Shown one piece after another: positions 45,721 to 54,034 of a stretch of DNA of 64,000 nt. The translations under genes and the position numbers were made by a program. Location of the stretch: IMG/VR virus record IMGVR_UViG_3300025030_000006, one strand, 5' to 3'. The notes under the pieces are model-generated. The model worked only from the letters and a program-made list of their open reading frames with translations. It searched no databases and had not been told where the DNA came from. Every line of letters starts with the position of its first letter. Position 1 is the first letter of the stretch. This DNA comes from a virus.

Positions 45721-46493
45721 AAAAAGAAAATGGCTGGTATATCGACGATAATAATAATAAATGGGATAGTAATTATTACACAAAGGAACTAGCAATTGAA
45801 TTATCAAAAACTCTAATTGATTGCAGTGATTGCAGTGATTGCAGGTATTGCATTAATTGCAGGTATTGCATTAATTGCAGGTATTGCAGTGATTGTAGTG
45901 ATTGCAGTAATTGCAGTGATTGTAGTGATTGTAGTGATTGCAGTGATTGCAGTAATTGCAGTAATTGCAGTGATTGTAGTGATTGCAGTGATTGCAGTAA
46001 TTGCAGTAATTGCAGTAATTGCAGTAATTGCAGTGATTGTAGTGATTGCAGTGATTGCAGTAATTGCAGTAATTGCAGTGATTGTAGTGATTGCAGTGAT
46101 TGTAGTGATTGCAGTAATTGCAGTAATTGCAGTAATTGCAGTAATTGCAGTAATTGCAGTAATTGCAGTGATTGCAGTGATTGCAGTGATTGCAGTAATT
46201 GCAGTAATTGCAGTAATTGCAGTAATTGCAGTAATTGCAGTAATTGCAGTAATTGCAGTAATTTTGAAAATAACCCTAATAGATATATTGGTAATAAAAT
46301 TGGTAGCAGAAAAGCACAAACTACCACTTATTGGTTAAATGATAATATTCAAGTTGTTTGTGGTTGTTTTAAAGGAAATTTAATTGAATTTGAAAAAAGA
46401 GTAAATGAAGTATATAAGGGAAATGAACATCATAAAGAATATATGGGTTATATTTCAATTGTTAAGAAAATAATGGAGATGGAAAGTATTTAA
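45717..46493 (+). CDS. Cys-x-x triplet-repeat protein (49 consecutive C-S-[DN]/C-R-Y/C-I-N units) with unique N- and C-terminal domains
   Basis: ATG 45717 follows AAAGGAG. N-terminal 35 aa, then the repeat, then an ~75-aa C-terminal domain (FENNPNRYIGNKIGSRKAQTTTYW...VVCGCFKGNL...). Confidence 0.75.
   Translation: MKKENGWYIDDNNNKWDSNYYTKELAIELSKTLIDCSDCSDCRYCINCRYCINCRYCSDCSDCSNCSDCSDCSDCSDCSNCSNCSDCSDCSDCSNCSNCSNCSNCSDCSDCSDCSNCSNCSDCSDCSDCSDCSNCSNCSNCSNCSNCSNCSDCSDCSDCSNCSNCSNCSNCSNCSNCSNCSNFENNPNRYIGNKIGSRKAQTTTYWLNDNIQVVCGCFKGNLIEFEKRVNEVYKGNEHHKEYMGYISIVKKIMEMESI
45822..46262 (+). repeat. 9-bp tandem array, 49 units (441 bp)
   Basis: TG(C/T)AGT(G/A)AT units, with three TGCAGGTAT-TGCATTAAT pairs near the 5' end. 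No phase break. All six frames are open across it. Confidence 0.95.
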
Positions 46494-46527
46494 ACAATTA
46501 ACCAAATGAAAGGAGATTTAAAATGAT
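46483..46527 (+). repeat. ~45-bp direct repeat, right copy
   Basis: aaagtatttaaacaattaaccaaatgaaaggagatttaaaatga. One T shorter than the left copy. Confidence 0.9.
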
Positions 46528-47011
46528 TGAATTGGAAAGAGCAAAACAATTGCAGCATGGGGAAATTATCCATTACTTTAATGGCAAATGTCAAAATTGG
46601 AGAGTATCGGGAAAAGTTAAATTGTGGAAAACAAGGCCGGACGAATTGAAAGTACCAATTAAATATGATTTGTATGGTAATTCCTATTTGACTGAAAAAG
46701 TATTGGATATAATACATTTGGCTAGTGAATGCCCATTATGTAAAGAGGGAAGATTGACTATTGCAGAATGTATTGATTTGGCTATTAATAAAAGTGAATT
46801 GGCAAAGCATTATGGATTGAAGAATTTTGATAATGCAATTCCTGAAATGTTGTTTGCTGAATTGATTAGGGGAACTGATTTGACTATTTATCATTTTGTT
46901 TATTCCTATGACAGATATAAATCATTTGGTGAATTGTTTCCATTGACTATTGAGGCGGAAAACAGAATGAAAGAATTGGAGATAAATATTCCTGATATGC
47001 CTAACAAATGA
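46523..47011 (+). CDS. hypothetical protein
   Basis: 162-aa ORF with AAAGGAG SD. Confidence 0.65.
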   Translation: MIELERAKQLQHGEIIHYFNGKCQNWRVSGKVKLWKTRPDELKVPIKYDLYGNSYLTEKVLDIIHLASECPLCKEGRLTIAECIDLAINKSELAKHYGLKNFDNAIPEMLFAELIRGTDLTIYHFVYSYDRYKSFGELFPLTIEAENRMKELEINIPDMPNK

Positions 47012-47043
47012 ATTGAATCTATTTTAAAGAAAGGAGATTTAAA

Positions 47044-47412
47044 ATGAAAAGTTATCAAGAGGAAAACGTACATCTTAAAGGAATCCATTTGTTTTCTGAT
47101 TTCTTATCCAATCCAATCCCATTTAAACAACCCAACTTGTATAAACCAATTCCATTCCAATTGTCTCAAATAAGTTCTTACCTTCAAATTATGAATAGAA
47201 AATGTCAATATTCTTTTGAAGTATTTGAAGTAATGCCAACTGATAAATTGATTGATTTTGTAAAAGAAAATATGTTGGCAATTGATTATGATTCCATTTA
47301 TTTTGAAATCATTTGTTATGAGAATAATACAGCCATGTTAATTGCAAAATACAATCAAATCATAGGTAGCCGTTGGATTGCCATGATTGATATTAATTCA
47401 ATTCCCAAATAA
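47044..47412 (+). CDS. hypothetical protein
   Basis: 122-aa ORF with AAAGGAG SD. Confidence 0.65.
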   Translation: MKSYQEENVHLKGIHLFSDFLSNPIPFKQPNLYKPIPFQLSQISSYLQIMNRKCQYSFEVFEVMPTDKLIDFVKENMLAIDYDSIYFEIICYENNTAMLIAKYNQIIGSRWIAMIDINSIPK

Positions 47413-47439
47413 CCAATAACAAATGAAGGGAGAATTAAA

Positions 47440-48306
47440 ATGAACAAACAAGTAAAGAAATTGGCTAATGGGATTAAATACATTTCTTGTGATTATCTTT
47501 CCTTTGGGGATTATGACAATTCCTGTGCCATTGAAAGGGCGAATGTTAGATATTTAAAAAGTAAAGTTAGGAAATCCTCAATTGATTCCCATTCAATGAA
47601 TGACTGGGAATATCTATCCAAGGAATATACAATTGAAAGGGGTCATATTTGGTCTCCAATTGAAACGAAAAAGAAAATGGTTGAGACATATGGTGGCTAT
47701 GGTTCAATTCAATTGTGGATAAGGGAAGACGTTTGGAAAGAAATGGAATTGGCTTCATTGGATAATTATCCTGCATTGGATGATGAATTGGTTTCTGAAA
47801 TTGAAATGGAAATGGAAAATGAAGCATGGGAAAATGATGTTAAATCTGATCTGATTAAAACATTATCAGAGGAACATACAGAAGAGGAAATGGATAATCA
47901 GGAATGTAAATGTTTAAACTGCAATTGGGAAGGAAAAGTAAATGAATTGAAAGAAGATGGTATTTATGGTTGCCCCAATTGCAATAATCATTATTCAATA
48001 AAATATTATGATATTGATAAACAAACATTGCAGGAATTTGCTGATGAATTGGATAATGAAACCCTTTGGGAAATTTATCGTTATTGCTGCGATAAAACCA
48101 ATACCTATGGGGAAGTTGAATCCGGTGGCAATTGGTTTATCCAAATTGATGATTTGAAAGAATGCTTTGCTAATGTAATTGAAAAATACAGAAATGGAAA
48201 TGAATTGTGTGATTGTCATGGTAATGGTAGATGGGATAATGAGTTTAAAACAATTGAATGCGCCTTGTGTCATAATACTGGATTTATTGTTAGCGTAACA
48301 GAATAA
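47440..48306 (+). CDS. hypothetical protein with acidic central region and zinc-ribbon motifs
   Basis: 288 aa. Acidic run DDELVSEIEMEMENEAWEND. CKCLNC...CPNC and CDCHG...CALCHN pairs. Confidence 0.65.
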   Translation: MNKQVKKLANGIKYISCDYLSFGDYDNSCAIERANVRYLKSKVRKSSIDSHSMNDWEYLSKEYTIERGHIWSPIETKKKMVETYGGYGSIQLWIREDVWKEMELASLDNYPALDDELVSEIEMEMENEAWENDVKSDLIKTLSEEHTEEEMDNQECKCLNCNWEGKVNELKEDGIYGCPNCNNHYSIKYYDIDKQTLQEFADELDNETLWEIYRYCCDKTNTYGEVESGGNWFIQIDDLKECFANVIEKYRNGNELCDCHGNGRWDNEFKTIECALCHNTGFIVSVTE

Positions 48307-48343
48307 TTGAATCAATAATTTAACAGATGAAAGGAGAATCAAA

Positions 48344-48808
48344 ATGTATAAACAGGAATTTAATAATTTAACCCTTTGTCAATTGACTTCTGAACAGAAT
48401 AAACAAACCTGTGATTATTGGTTTATAGTTCAAAGTGATAGTATGGCTCATACAGCGTTTAGAACAAAGGATGAATTGAATAGATGGTTACTTGAACGGA
48501 ATATTGAATTGACGCAAGAATTGGTAGAACATGGAAAGCATTCATTTCAGAAATTGAAAGGACATTATTTTAGAACAAGTTACATGGATTATAATGTTTT
48601 TTATTCTTTGGATTATATTCAGAAAGCAAGAGTAATGGATAATGATAGATATACTCTTGCTTTAATAACAGAAGAAAATGGAATCAGAACAATTAATCAT
48701 TTGAATTGTAATATGAAATTTAGAATTGAATATCATTACAGAACAGGTGAAATGGTATTGGCAAATAAAATGAAATCATATTCGGATTACACTTATCGTT
48801 ATAATTAA
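48344..48808 (+). CDS. hypothetical protein
   Basis: 154-aa ORF with AAAGGAG SD. Confidence 0.65.
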   Translation: MYKQEFNNLTLCQLTSEQNKQTCDYWFIVQSDSMAHTAFRTKDELNRWLLERNIELTQELVEHGKHSFQKLKGHYFRTSYMDYNVFYSLDYIQKARVMDNDRYTLALITEENGIRTINHLNCNMKFRIEYHYRTGEMVLANKMKSYSDYTYRYN

Positions 48809-48834
48809 TTCAATAACAAGAAAGGAGATTTAAA

Positions 48835-49011
48835 ATGAGAGATGATTCTTGTAGGCGTCTTGAAAAAAATACTGTTAAATCAAGGACAAATAGAGCTGAT
48901 TCAATTGATTTATATTGTGGTGAATGCTTAAAAGAATCTACTATAATTGCTAATATTTCTTTGTTGATTTATTGTCCCCATTGTGGAAATGGAATTATAA
49001 TTGGCGCATAA
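48835..49011 (+). CDS. zinc-ribbon miniprotein (58 aa)
   Basis: AAAGGAG SD. CGEC...CPHCG. Confidence 0.5.
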   Translation: MRDDSCRRLEKNTVKSRTNRADSIDLYCGECLKESTIIANISLLIYCPHCGNGIIIGA

Positions 49012-49029
49012 CAATAAAGGAGAATTAAA

Positions 49030-49215
49030 ATGTTTTACGTTTTTTTTGAAAGGGATAACGATTCATTTATTGGTGACAGTAACAAGGAAAAGGAATCAGC
49101 TAAAATTCTAAGGGAATTGGCTGATAGGGTTGAAAAGGGGGATAAATCAGGTAAAATATTTGATTCAAATGGAAATTCAATTGGTATCTTTGGAATTAAA
49201 GGAAAGGAGAAATAA
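49030..49215 (+). CDS. hypothetical miniprotein
   Basis: 61 aa with AAAGGAG SD. Confidence 0.6.
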   Translation: MFYVFFERDNDSFIGDSNKEKESAKILRELADRVEKGDKSGKIFDSNGNSIGIFGIKGKEK

Positions 49216-49375
49216 ACAATGATTTATAATCAGCAAGAAAAAGATATACTCCAAAAAATTTATTGGAAAACACATATACACAATAAATAAACAAATGGTT
49301 GTGTTTGTTGGGGGTAGATTTTTATTTCACGAAACCTGCTCTAATATATTAAATAAAGGGAAGGAGAAATAAAAA

Positions 49376-49543
49376 ATGAATGAATTATTCTTGTTTCTTT
49401 CCGTACCTTACTTTTTTGTTTTTGGTTTGCTTTGGGAAAAGAAAACATTTGTGAATCTCTTTCTAAAAGTATTTCACTTGATTATGGCAATTTTTGGAAT
49501 TATTCTTTTGTTATTGCATTTTGGTTTTGTTATTAAACAATAA
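49376..49543 (+). CDS. membrane miniprotein (55 aa)
   Basis: GGAAGGAG SD. Two hydrophobic segments. Confidence 0.5.
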   Translation: MNELFLFLSVPYFFVFGLLWEKKTFVNLFLKVFHLIMAIFGIILLLLHFGFVIKQ

Positions 49544-49560
49544 AGAAAGGGGATTTAAAC

Positions 49561-49881
49561 ATGGTTTCTTTTAAATTCAAAACAAGATATGGATATACGT
49601 CTGTAATTGCTGAATTGATAGGTAAAAGAATCAGGTTTAAATTATCCCCATTGAAAGGTTTCAGACCGTTTCCAATTGAATGTTTTGCAGAATACAACCG
49701 TGAACTGCTTTATAAAAAGAAAATCGCTTCTGTCGTAATTGTGTGTGATTCCAATAAACTATCCATGTTGGAAATAGTTCGATTAAAAGAAAAAGCCAAG
49801 GAATTGTTACCTGTTCCAATTCAGGCAATTGATTTAGTATTTGAAAGACTTGCAAAGGGAGATTATTCTGTAGTACGCTAA
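49561..49881 (+). CDS. hypothetical protein
   Basis: 106-aa ORF with AAAGGGG SD. Confidence 0.6.
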   Translation: MVSFKFKTRYGYTSVIAELIGKRIRFKLSPLKGFRPFPIECFAEYNRELLYKKKIASVVIVCDSNKLSMLEIVRLKEKAKELLPVPIQAIDLVFERLAKGDYSVVR

Positions 49882-49926
49882 CAAGCAATTCAAATCCAAA
49901 TTTTAACAATTGAAAGGAGAATTAAA

Positions 49927-50292
49927 ATGAAAATTGGAACTGATGGAAGCATTGTTGAATGTCGAAATGAAGGATACACAGTAATTGAATTTGCAAAAAA
50001 CAAATTATTTAAAAATGGTATATTAGATAAAGATTTTCCTGTGCATGTTACAATCTCAAATCCGTATAATTGGGAAAATGGAAAACCATTAATTGGATAT
50101 AAAAAAGAAGATTTATATTTGTATGATACTTATTATTCTTTTAACGATGCTTTTGAAGTTTATTGTACTTATAAAGACGCAATTGATTCTTTTGCTGATT
50201 TGAAAAACTGTCCAATTGAAATGGATAATCCTAGTGAATATGATTTGCTTCATTTAATTGATGTTGTAAGTCATTATTGTGGTCTTGATTAA
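49927..50292 (+). CDS. hypothetical protein
   Basis: 121-aa ORF with AAAGGAG SD. Confidence 0.65.
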   Translation: MKIGTDGSIVECRNEGYTVIEFAKNKLFKNGILDKDFPVHVTISNPYNWENGKPLIGYKKEDLYLYDTYYSFNDAFEVYCTYKDAIDSFADLKNCPIEMDNPSEYDLLHLIDVVSHYCGLD

Positions 50293-50321
50293 ACAAATTA
50301 ACAAATGAAAGGGGAATTAAA

Positions 50322-50549
50322 ATGAGAACGTTTATTGAAGAAGTAAAGGTTTATAAGTTTAATGAGTTGAGTGATGAAGCAAAACAAAAGGCAATTGAAA
50401 ATCTGCATGATTTAAATACAAGTTACGATTGGGATCAGTTTATTACTGATGATTTCAAAGAGAAAATGAATGCAATTGGATTTGTTGTAAGTAATACTTA
50501 TTTTTCTGGTTTCTGGTCACAAGGGGATGGTGCCTGTTTTGAAGGATAA
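50322..50549 (+). CDS. hypothetical protein, N-terminal-like half of a two-part family (ends ...FSGFWSQGDGACFEG)
   Basis: 75 aa with AAAGGGG SD. Stop TAA is followed immediately by an in-frame ATG. Confidence 0.6.
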   Translation: MRTFIEEVKVYKFNELSDEAKQKAIENLHDLNTSYDWDQFITDDFKEKMNAIGFVVSNTYFSGFWSQGDGACFEG

Positions 50550-50894
50550 ATGGAAGATTTAGAATTTTTTATAAAAACACATAAAATGGGGAATAAATTC
50601 AGAAAGTTTTTGAATAATGCAGATGATTTGTCAATTACTACAAAACATAGGGGACATTATTACCATGAAATGTGCATGGATATTTCGGTAATTGAATATC
50701 ATTTGTCTGATTCAATTACTCAATCTGAATTTACTGAATTTGAAGAATGGATTACTGAAACATTGAGGGATTATGCAAAAGAATTGTATAGAGATTTGGA
50801 AAAGGAGTATGAGTATTTGTCAAGTGAAAAAGTAATCATTGAAACAATTGAGGCAAATGAATATGAATTTACCGAAGATGGAAAATTGTATTAA
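50550..50894 (+). CDS. hypothetical protein, C-terminal-like half (ends ...IEANEYEFTEDGKLY)
   Basis: 114 aa, same frame as the upstream ORF. No separate SD other than GAAGGA. Confidence 0.55.
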   Translation: MEDLEFFIKTHKMGNKFRKFLNNADDLSITTKHRGHYYHEMCMDISVIEYHLSDSITQSEFTEFEEWITETLRDYAKELYRDLEKEYEYLSSEKVIIETIEANEYEFTEDGKLY

Positions 50895-50919
50895 TTTATA
50901 ACAAGAAAGGAGAATTAAA

Positions 50920-51105
50920 ATGAAAGATAAATATTATGATTGGGTAAAGAGATTGGGACAATATCATTTATCAATTGGTGGTCAATCAACAACTCTTTGT
51001 GGAATGCCAATGATGGGCAATAATTATGCTAAAGTAATTCCAAAGGATGAAAGAACTAAATGTAACAAATGTTTTAATATAGCAGAAATTAGGTCATTAA
51101 CTTAA
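50920..51105 (+). CDS. hypothetical miniprotein
   Basis: 61 aa with AAAGGAG SD. Confidence 0.6.
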   Translation: MKDKYYDWVKRLGQYHLSIGGQSTTLCGMPMMGNNYAKVIPKDERTKCNKCFNIAEIRSLT

Positions 51106-51126
51106 TAAAGAAAGGAGAATTAAATA

Positions 51127-51309
51127 ATGGATAATGAAGAGTTTAATTTTATTGTAACAACAATTGTCAAAGGTAAGAAACAAAACAGAATTGTGAAAGC
51201 AGAGAATTCATTATCTGCCAGATTTAAAGTTTATCATCAATTAATGGCAGCAGATAAGAAAGGCAATTTCACAATTATTGATGTTAAACAGAAAGGAGAA
51301 AAACAATGA
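51127..51309 (+). CDS. hypothetical miniprotein
   Basis: 60 aa with AAAGGAG SD. Confidence 0.6.
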   Translation: MDNEEFNFIVTTIVKGKKQNRIVKAENSLSARFKVYHQLMAADKKGNFTIIDVKQKGEKQ

Positions 51310-51494
51310 GAAAGGATTCAACAGAGAGACTAATTGATGCTAAAGGTATCCTTGACAATTTACTTTTTACTAGAAGTCAAGAAATGTCTGCAATAATTAA
51401 TCAAGAAATAAGTGTTGTAAGAAGTATTATTTTTAATGTTTTGGTAGCTGAAAACGTTTATTGGTGGGAAGAACAGAAAGGAGAAAATAAATGA
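51306..51494 (+). CDS. hypothetical miniprotein
   Basis: 62 aa with ATGA coupling. Confidence 0.6.
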   Translation: MRKDSTERLIDAKGILDNLLFTRSQEMSAIINQEISVVRSIIFNVLVAENVYWWEEQKGENK

Positions 51495-51682
51495 CTAAAC
51501 TTAATCTTCATCATAAAGAAGTTAAAAAGGAAACAAATATAATGATGTTTCGTTGTCCTGAATGTCACAAGGATTCTGAATTCAGTAAATGGATTAAATC
51601 AGTAAATCATGCAGAACATTCCATTTGTCCTAGTTGTAAAAAGGAAGTAAAAGATACTATGGTAAAACGAGTGAAATCATAA
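51491..51682 (+). CDS. zinc-ribbon miniprotein
   Basis: 63 aa. CPEC...CPSC. ATGA coupling. Confidence 0.6.
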   Translation: MTKLNLHHKEVKKETNIMMFRCPECHKDSEFSKWIKSVNHAEHSICPSCKKEVKDTMVKRVKS

Positions 51683-51936
51683 CAGATTAATTGAATCCAT
51701 TTTTATAAAAGAAAGGATAAATCAAATGGATAAAATAAGAATAAATGTAATAAGCAAATATGGTAACATTGATGAAATTTTTGAATTCACACCAAAAAAA
51801 AACAAAAAGAAACATATTTACAGTTAATACACAAAAAATATTTATGGAAGCAATAAACCATGCAAAAGATATAAAAGGCAAAATTGAGATTACTTTTGAG
51901 TCTATTCATTTTTAAATAAAAGAAAGGAGAAATAAA

Positions 51937-52131
51937 ATGAAAGAATTGCTGGTTATTAAAAAGGAAATTGAAAGAGTCATTGTAATTGGAGAGAATCACA
52001 ATTTTGAAAAAGCCAAAAGGCAATATGAGAATCAGGGATACAGAATTATTAGAACGGGGGCTAGACCAATTACATTGAATCAATACAGTAAAGACGAATT
52101 CAAAATGATTGCTGAACGAACAATTGATTGA
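51937..52131 (+). CDS. hypothetical miniprotein
   Basis: 64 aa with AAAGGAG SD. Confidence 0.6.
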   Translation: MKELLVIKKEIERVIVIGENHNFEKAKRQYENQGYRIIRTGARPITLNQYSKDEFKMIAERTID

Positions 52132-52143
52132 AGGGAAAATTAT

Positions 52144-52428
52144 ATGGATTATTTAAAAAAGAAAATACATTCTATTAACAGAATAATTGAACATTTAGGA
52201 AAGGAAATTAAAATCCAAATTGTGGTTACTTGTTCAATTGACAACATTGGAAGACGTTACGAATCCAAAGGAACATTTTTGGATAATAGAGCAACAAAAC
52301 AAACAATCAAAAATGCTTTATGGGATGAAACAATTTATCTAATTCATTTTCTGGAAGCATTGGGTTTCCCTGAAAATTATGTAATTGAAAAAATGAATGA
52401 ATTCATTGAAGAGGAAATAAACAAATGA
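52144..52428 (+). CDS. hypothetical protein
   Basis: 94-aa ORF. Confidence 0.6.
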   Translation: MDYLKKKIHSINRIIEHLGKEIKIQIVVTCSIDNIGRRYESKGTFLDNRATKQTIKNALWDETIYLIHFLEALGFPENYVIEKMNEFIEEEINK

Positions 52429-52550
52429 AAAAAGAAATATCGACTGTAGGTTATTGCCCTTCATGTAGAAAGAAAGTTATGTTTATTAAAACAAAAGATA
52501 AGAATGAATATACTTGTGTAACTTGTAAACTTCCATTTTTTAAACAATAA
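52425..52550 (+). CDS. zinc-ribbon miniprotein (41 aa)
   Basis: ATGA coupling. CPSC...CVTC. Confidence 0.45.
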   Translation: MKKEISTVGYCPSCRKKVMFIKTKDKNEYTCVTCKLPFFKQ

Positions 52551-52564
52551 TTGAAAGGAGAAGA

Positions 52565-52738
52565 ATGAAAAGAATAAATGATAATCAATTGAGAATGGTA
52601 AATGATTCTTGTCCATTTTGTTTTGCTGAAATGTATCCGTTACAATCACTTACTTTGGAAGTCATTTACCGTTGTGGTTCTTCGGGTAGCAGAATAACGG
52701 GTTTATATATTAAACAATGTGGAAAGGGGAATAAATAA
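52565..52738 (+). CDS. Cys-containing miniprotein (57 aa)
   Basis: AAAGGAGAAGA SD. CPFC...C..G. Confidence 0.45.
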   Translation: MKRINDNQLRMVNDSCPFCFAEMYPLQSLTLEVIYRCGSSGSRITGLYIKQCGKGNK

Positions 52739-52739
52739 A

Positions 52740-52940
52740 ATGAATGAACAACAAAAGAAAGATGCAGAAGACACAATAAACTTATTGAAAGAAATGGATT
52801 ATAATTTTATTAGACCAGCAGATTTGATTTTAAAAGAATTTGCTGATGTTTTGTTACTTCAAGAAGAGGAAATAAATAACTTGAAAACAAGATTGGATTT
52901 TGTAGAAAGAGTAAACAAAAGAAATTTGCCCATGAGATAA
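52740..52940 (+). CDS. hypothetical miniprotein
   Basis: ATG 52740 follows GGAAAGGGGAATAAATAAA. Confidence 0.5.
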   Translation: MNEQQKKDAEDTINLLKEMDYNFIRPADLILKEFADVLLLQEEEINNLKTRLDFVERVNKRNLPMR

Positions 52941-53020
52941 TTACCAGATAAATACTTAAATCAATTCTTTTATTTTCATGTATTTTAAAAACAGTAACAA
53001 TTTCAACAGTTTAAAACCAC

Positions 53021-53049
53021 TTGACAGAATTATATTTTTCCGATAGACT
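53021..53049 (+). promoter_or_regulatory. sigma70-like promoter with conserved upstream box
   Basis: TTGACA, 17 nt, TAGACT. Upstream TTCAACAGTTTAAAACCAC matches the box at 44432-44450. Confidence 0.55.
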
Positions 53050-53107
53050 TTTAACTTCCTACAAGTCATTCGACTCCAAGTTTTCAAACTCAAAAGGAGA
53101 ATTCAAA

Positions 53108-53380
53108 ATGATTGAAATCAAAGTTAATTATCCATCAAAGAAAGCTGAGAAAAATAATTATCCTTATATTGGTGTAAAGGAGTTTATTTATGTTCTTTTT
53201 ACAAAACCACGTGAGGGGTTTGTAATTGCCATTGATGAAGACTTTTGTGAAATTGATATGAGTATACCAGAGGATGATGAAAGTTATTCTGAAAGTTATT
53301 CAATTGGTGATTATAGAAAAACATGGTCAGAAAAATATTTTAAAAAAATTGAGGGTGAATTGATTTTGAAAAACAAATAA
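53108..53380 (+). CDS. hypothetical protein
   Basis: ATG 53108 follows AAAGGAGAATTCAAA. Confidence 0.6.
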   Translation: MIEIKVNYPSKKAEKNNYPYIGVKEFIYVLFTKPREGFVIAIDEDFCEIDMSIPEDDESYSESYSIGDYRKTWSEKYFKKIEGELILKNK

Positions 53381-53396
53381 AAGAAAGGAGAATTAA

Positions 53397-53810
53397 ATGG
53401 ATGAAAAGAAAAAATTCAATCCCTATCCAGAAGGAATAATTCATCCCATTCCAAAAGAGCAATATCCCAAACTCAATTCAGAACACAAACAAATGCTGGA
53501 ATTATTTAATCGGAAAAAACAATTGGAAGAAGAACTCAAGGAAGTCAATGAATCAATTGACAGAAAGGAGAAACTGATTTTAAAACAAATTGATTCAGGT
53601 AAAACATTTAATTGGTGTTGGAAATGGATTTTTACCAGAACTAATATTTCGTGGAAAGATGTTTGTATTAAGTTTATTGGTAAAAAGAAAGTAGAGGAAA
53701 TATCCGCAAGAACGGAAGCAACCAAATATCCCCATGTTGGAATTGAGGGATTCCACCCTAGACCATTTCAGAAACCAAGGCGTTTCAATCTTAGAAGACC
53801 AATTAAATGA
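53397..53810 (+). CDS. hypothetical protein
   Basis: 137-aa ORF with AAAGGAG SD. Confidence 0.65.
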   Translation: MDEKKKFNPYPEGIIHPIPKEQYPKLNSEHKQMLELFNRKKQLEEELKEVNESIDRKEKLILKQIDSGKTFNWCWKWIFTRTNISWKDVCIKFIGKKKVEEISARTEATKYPHVGIEGFHPRPFQKPRRFNLRRPIK

Positions 53811-53824
53811 AAGGGGAAAAGGAA

Positions 53825-54034
53825 ATGAGTAACCATAATAAAATTGATTTTAAAAATGCTTCCATAGAATTGCTTGATTCAGCTATAGTTGTGCTTGGTT
53901 TGGCTATTAAATGGTATGAAGCAGAAAATTTTGATAGGGAGGAACTTTGTGGTGGTGAACAATGTGATACTTGCAATCTGGCAAAAGGGGTCAAAGAATT
54001 TTTGAACAAACAAAATAATGAAACCGAAAGTTAG
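53825..54034 (+). CDS. hypothetical miniprotein
   Basis: ATG 53825 follows GGGGAAAAGGAA. Confidence 0.5.
   Translation: MSNHNKIDFKNASIELLDSAIVVLGLAIKWYEAENFDREELCGGEQCDTCNLAKGVKEFLNKQNNETES

Noticed and set aside
45822-46262. Possible CRISPR array (regular short repeats); the same question for the 30-bp repeats at 22558-22645
   Set aside because: The units are directly tandem with no spacers, are only 9 bp or 30 bp long, and lie inside coding frames. No cas genes were found.
45776-46338. Three extra ORFs across the 9-bp array (poly-LQ, poly-AIT and poly-IAV proteins)
   Set aside because: A phase-perfect 9-bp repeat is open in all six frames. Only the Cys frame has an SD-led ATG and unique flanking domains.
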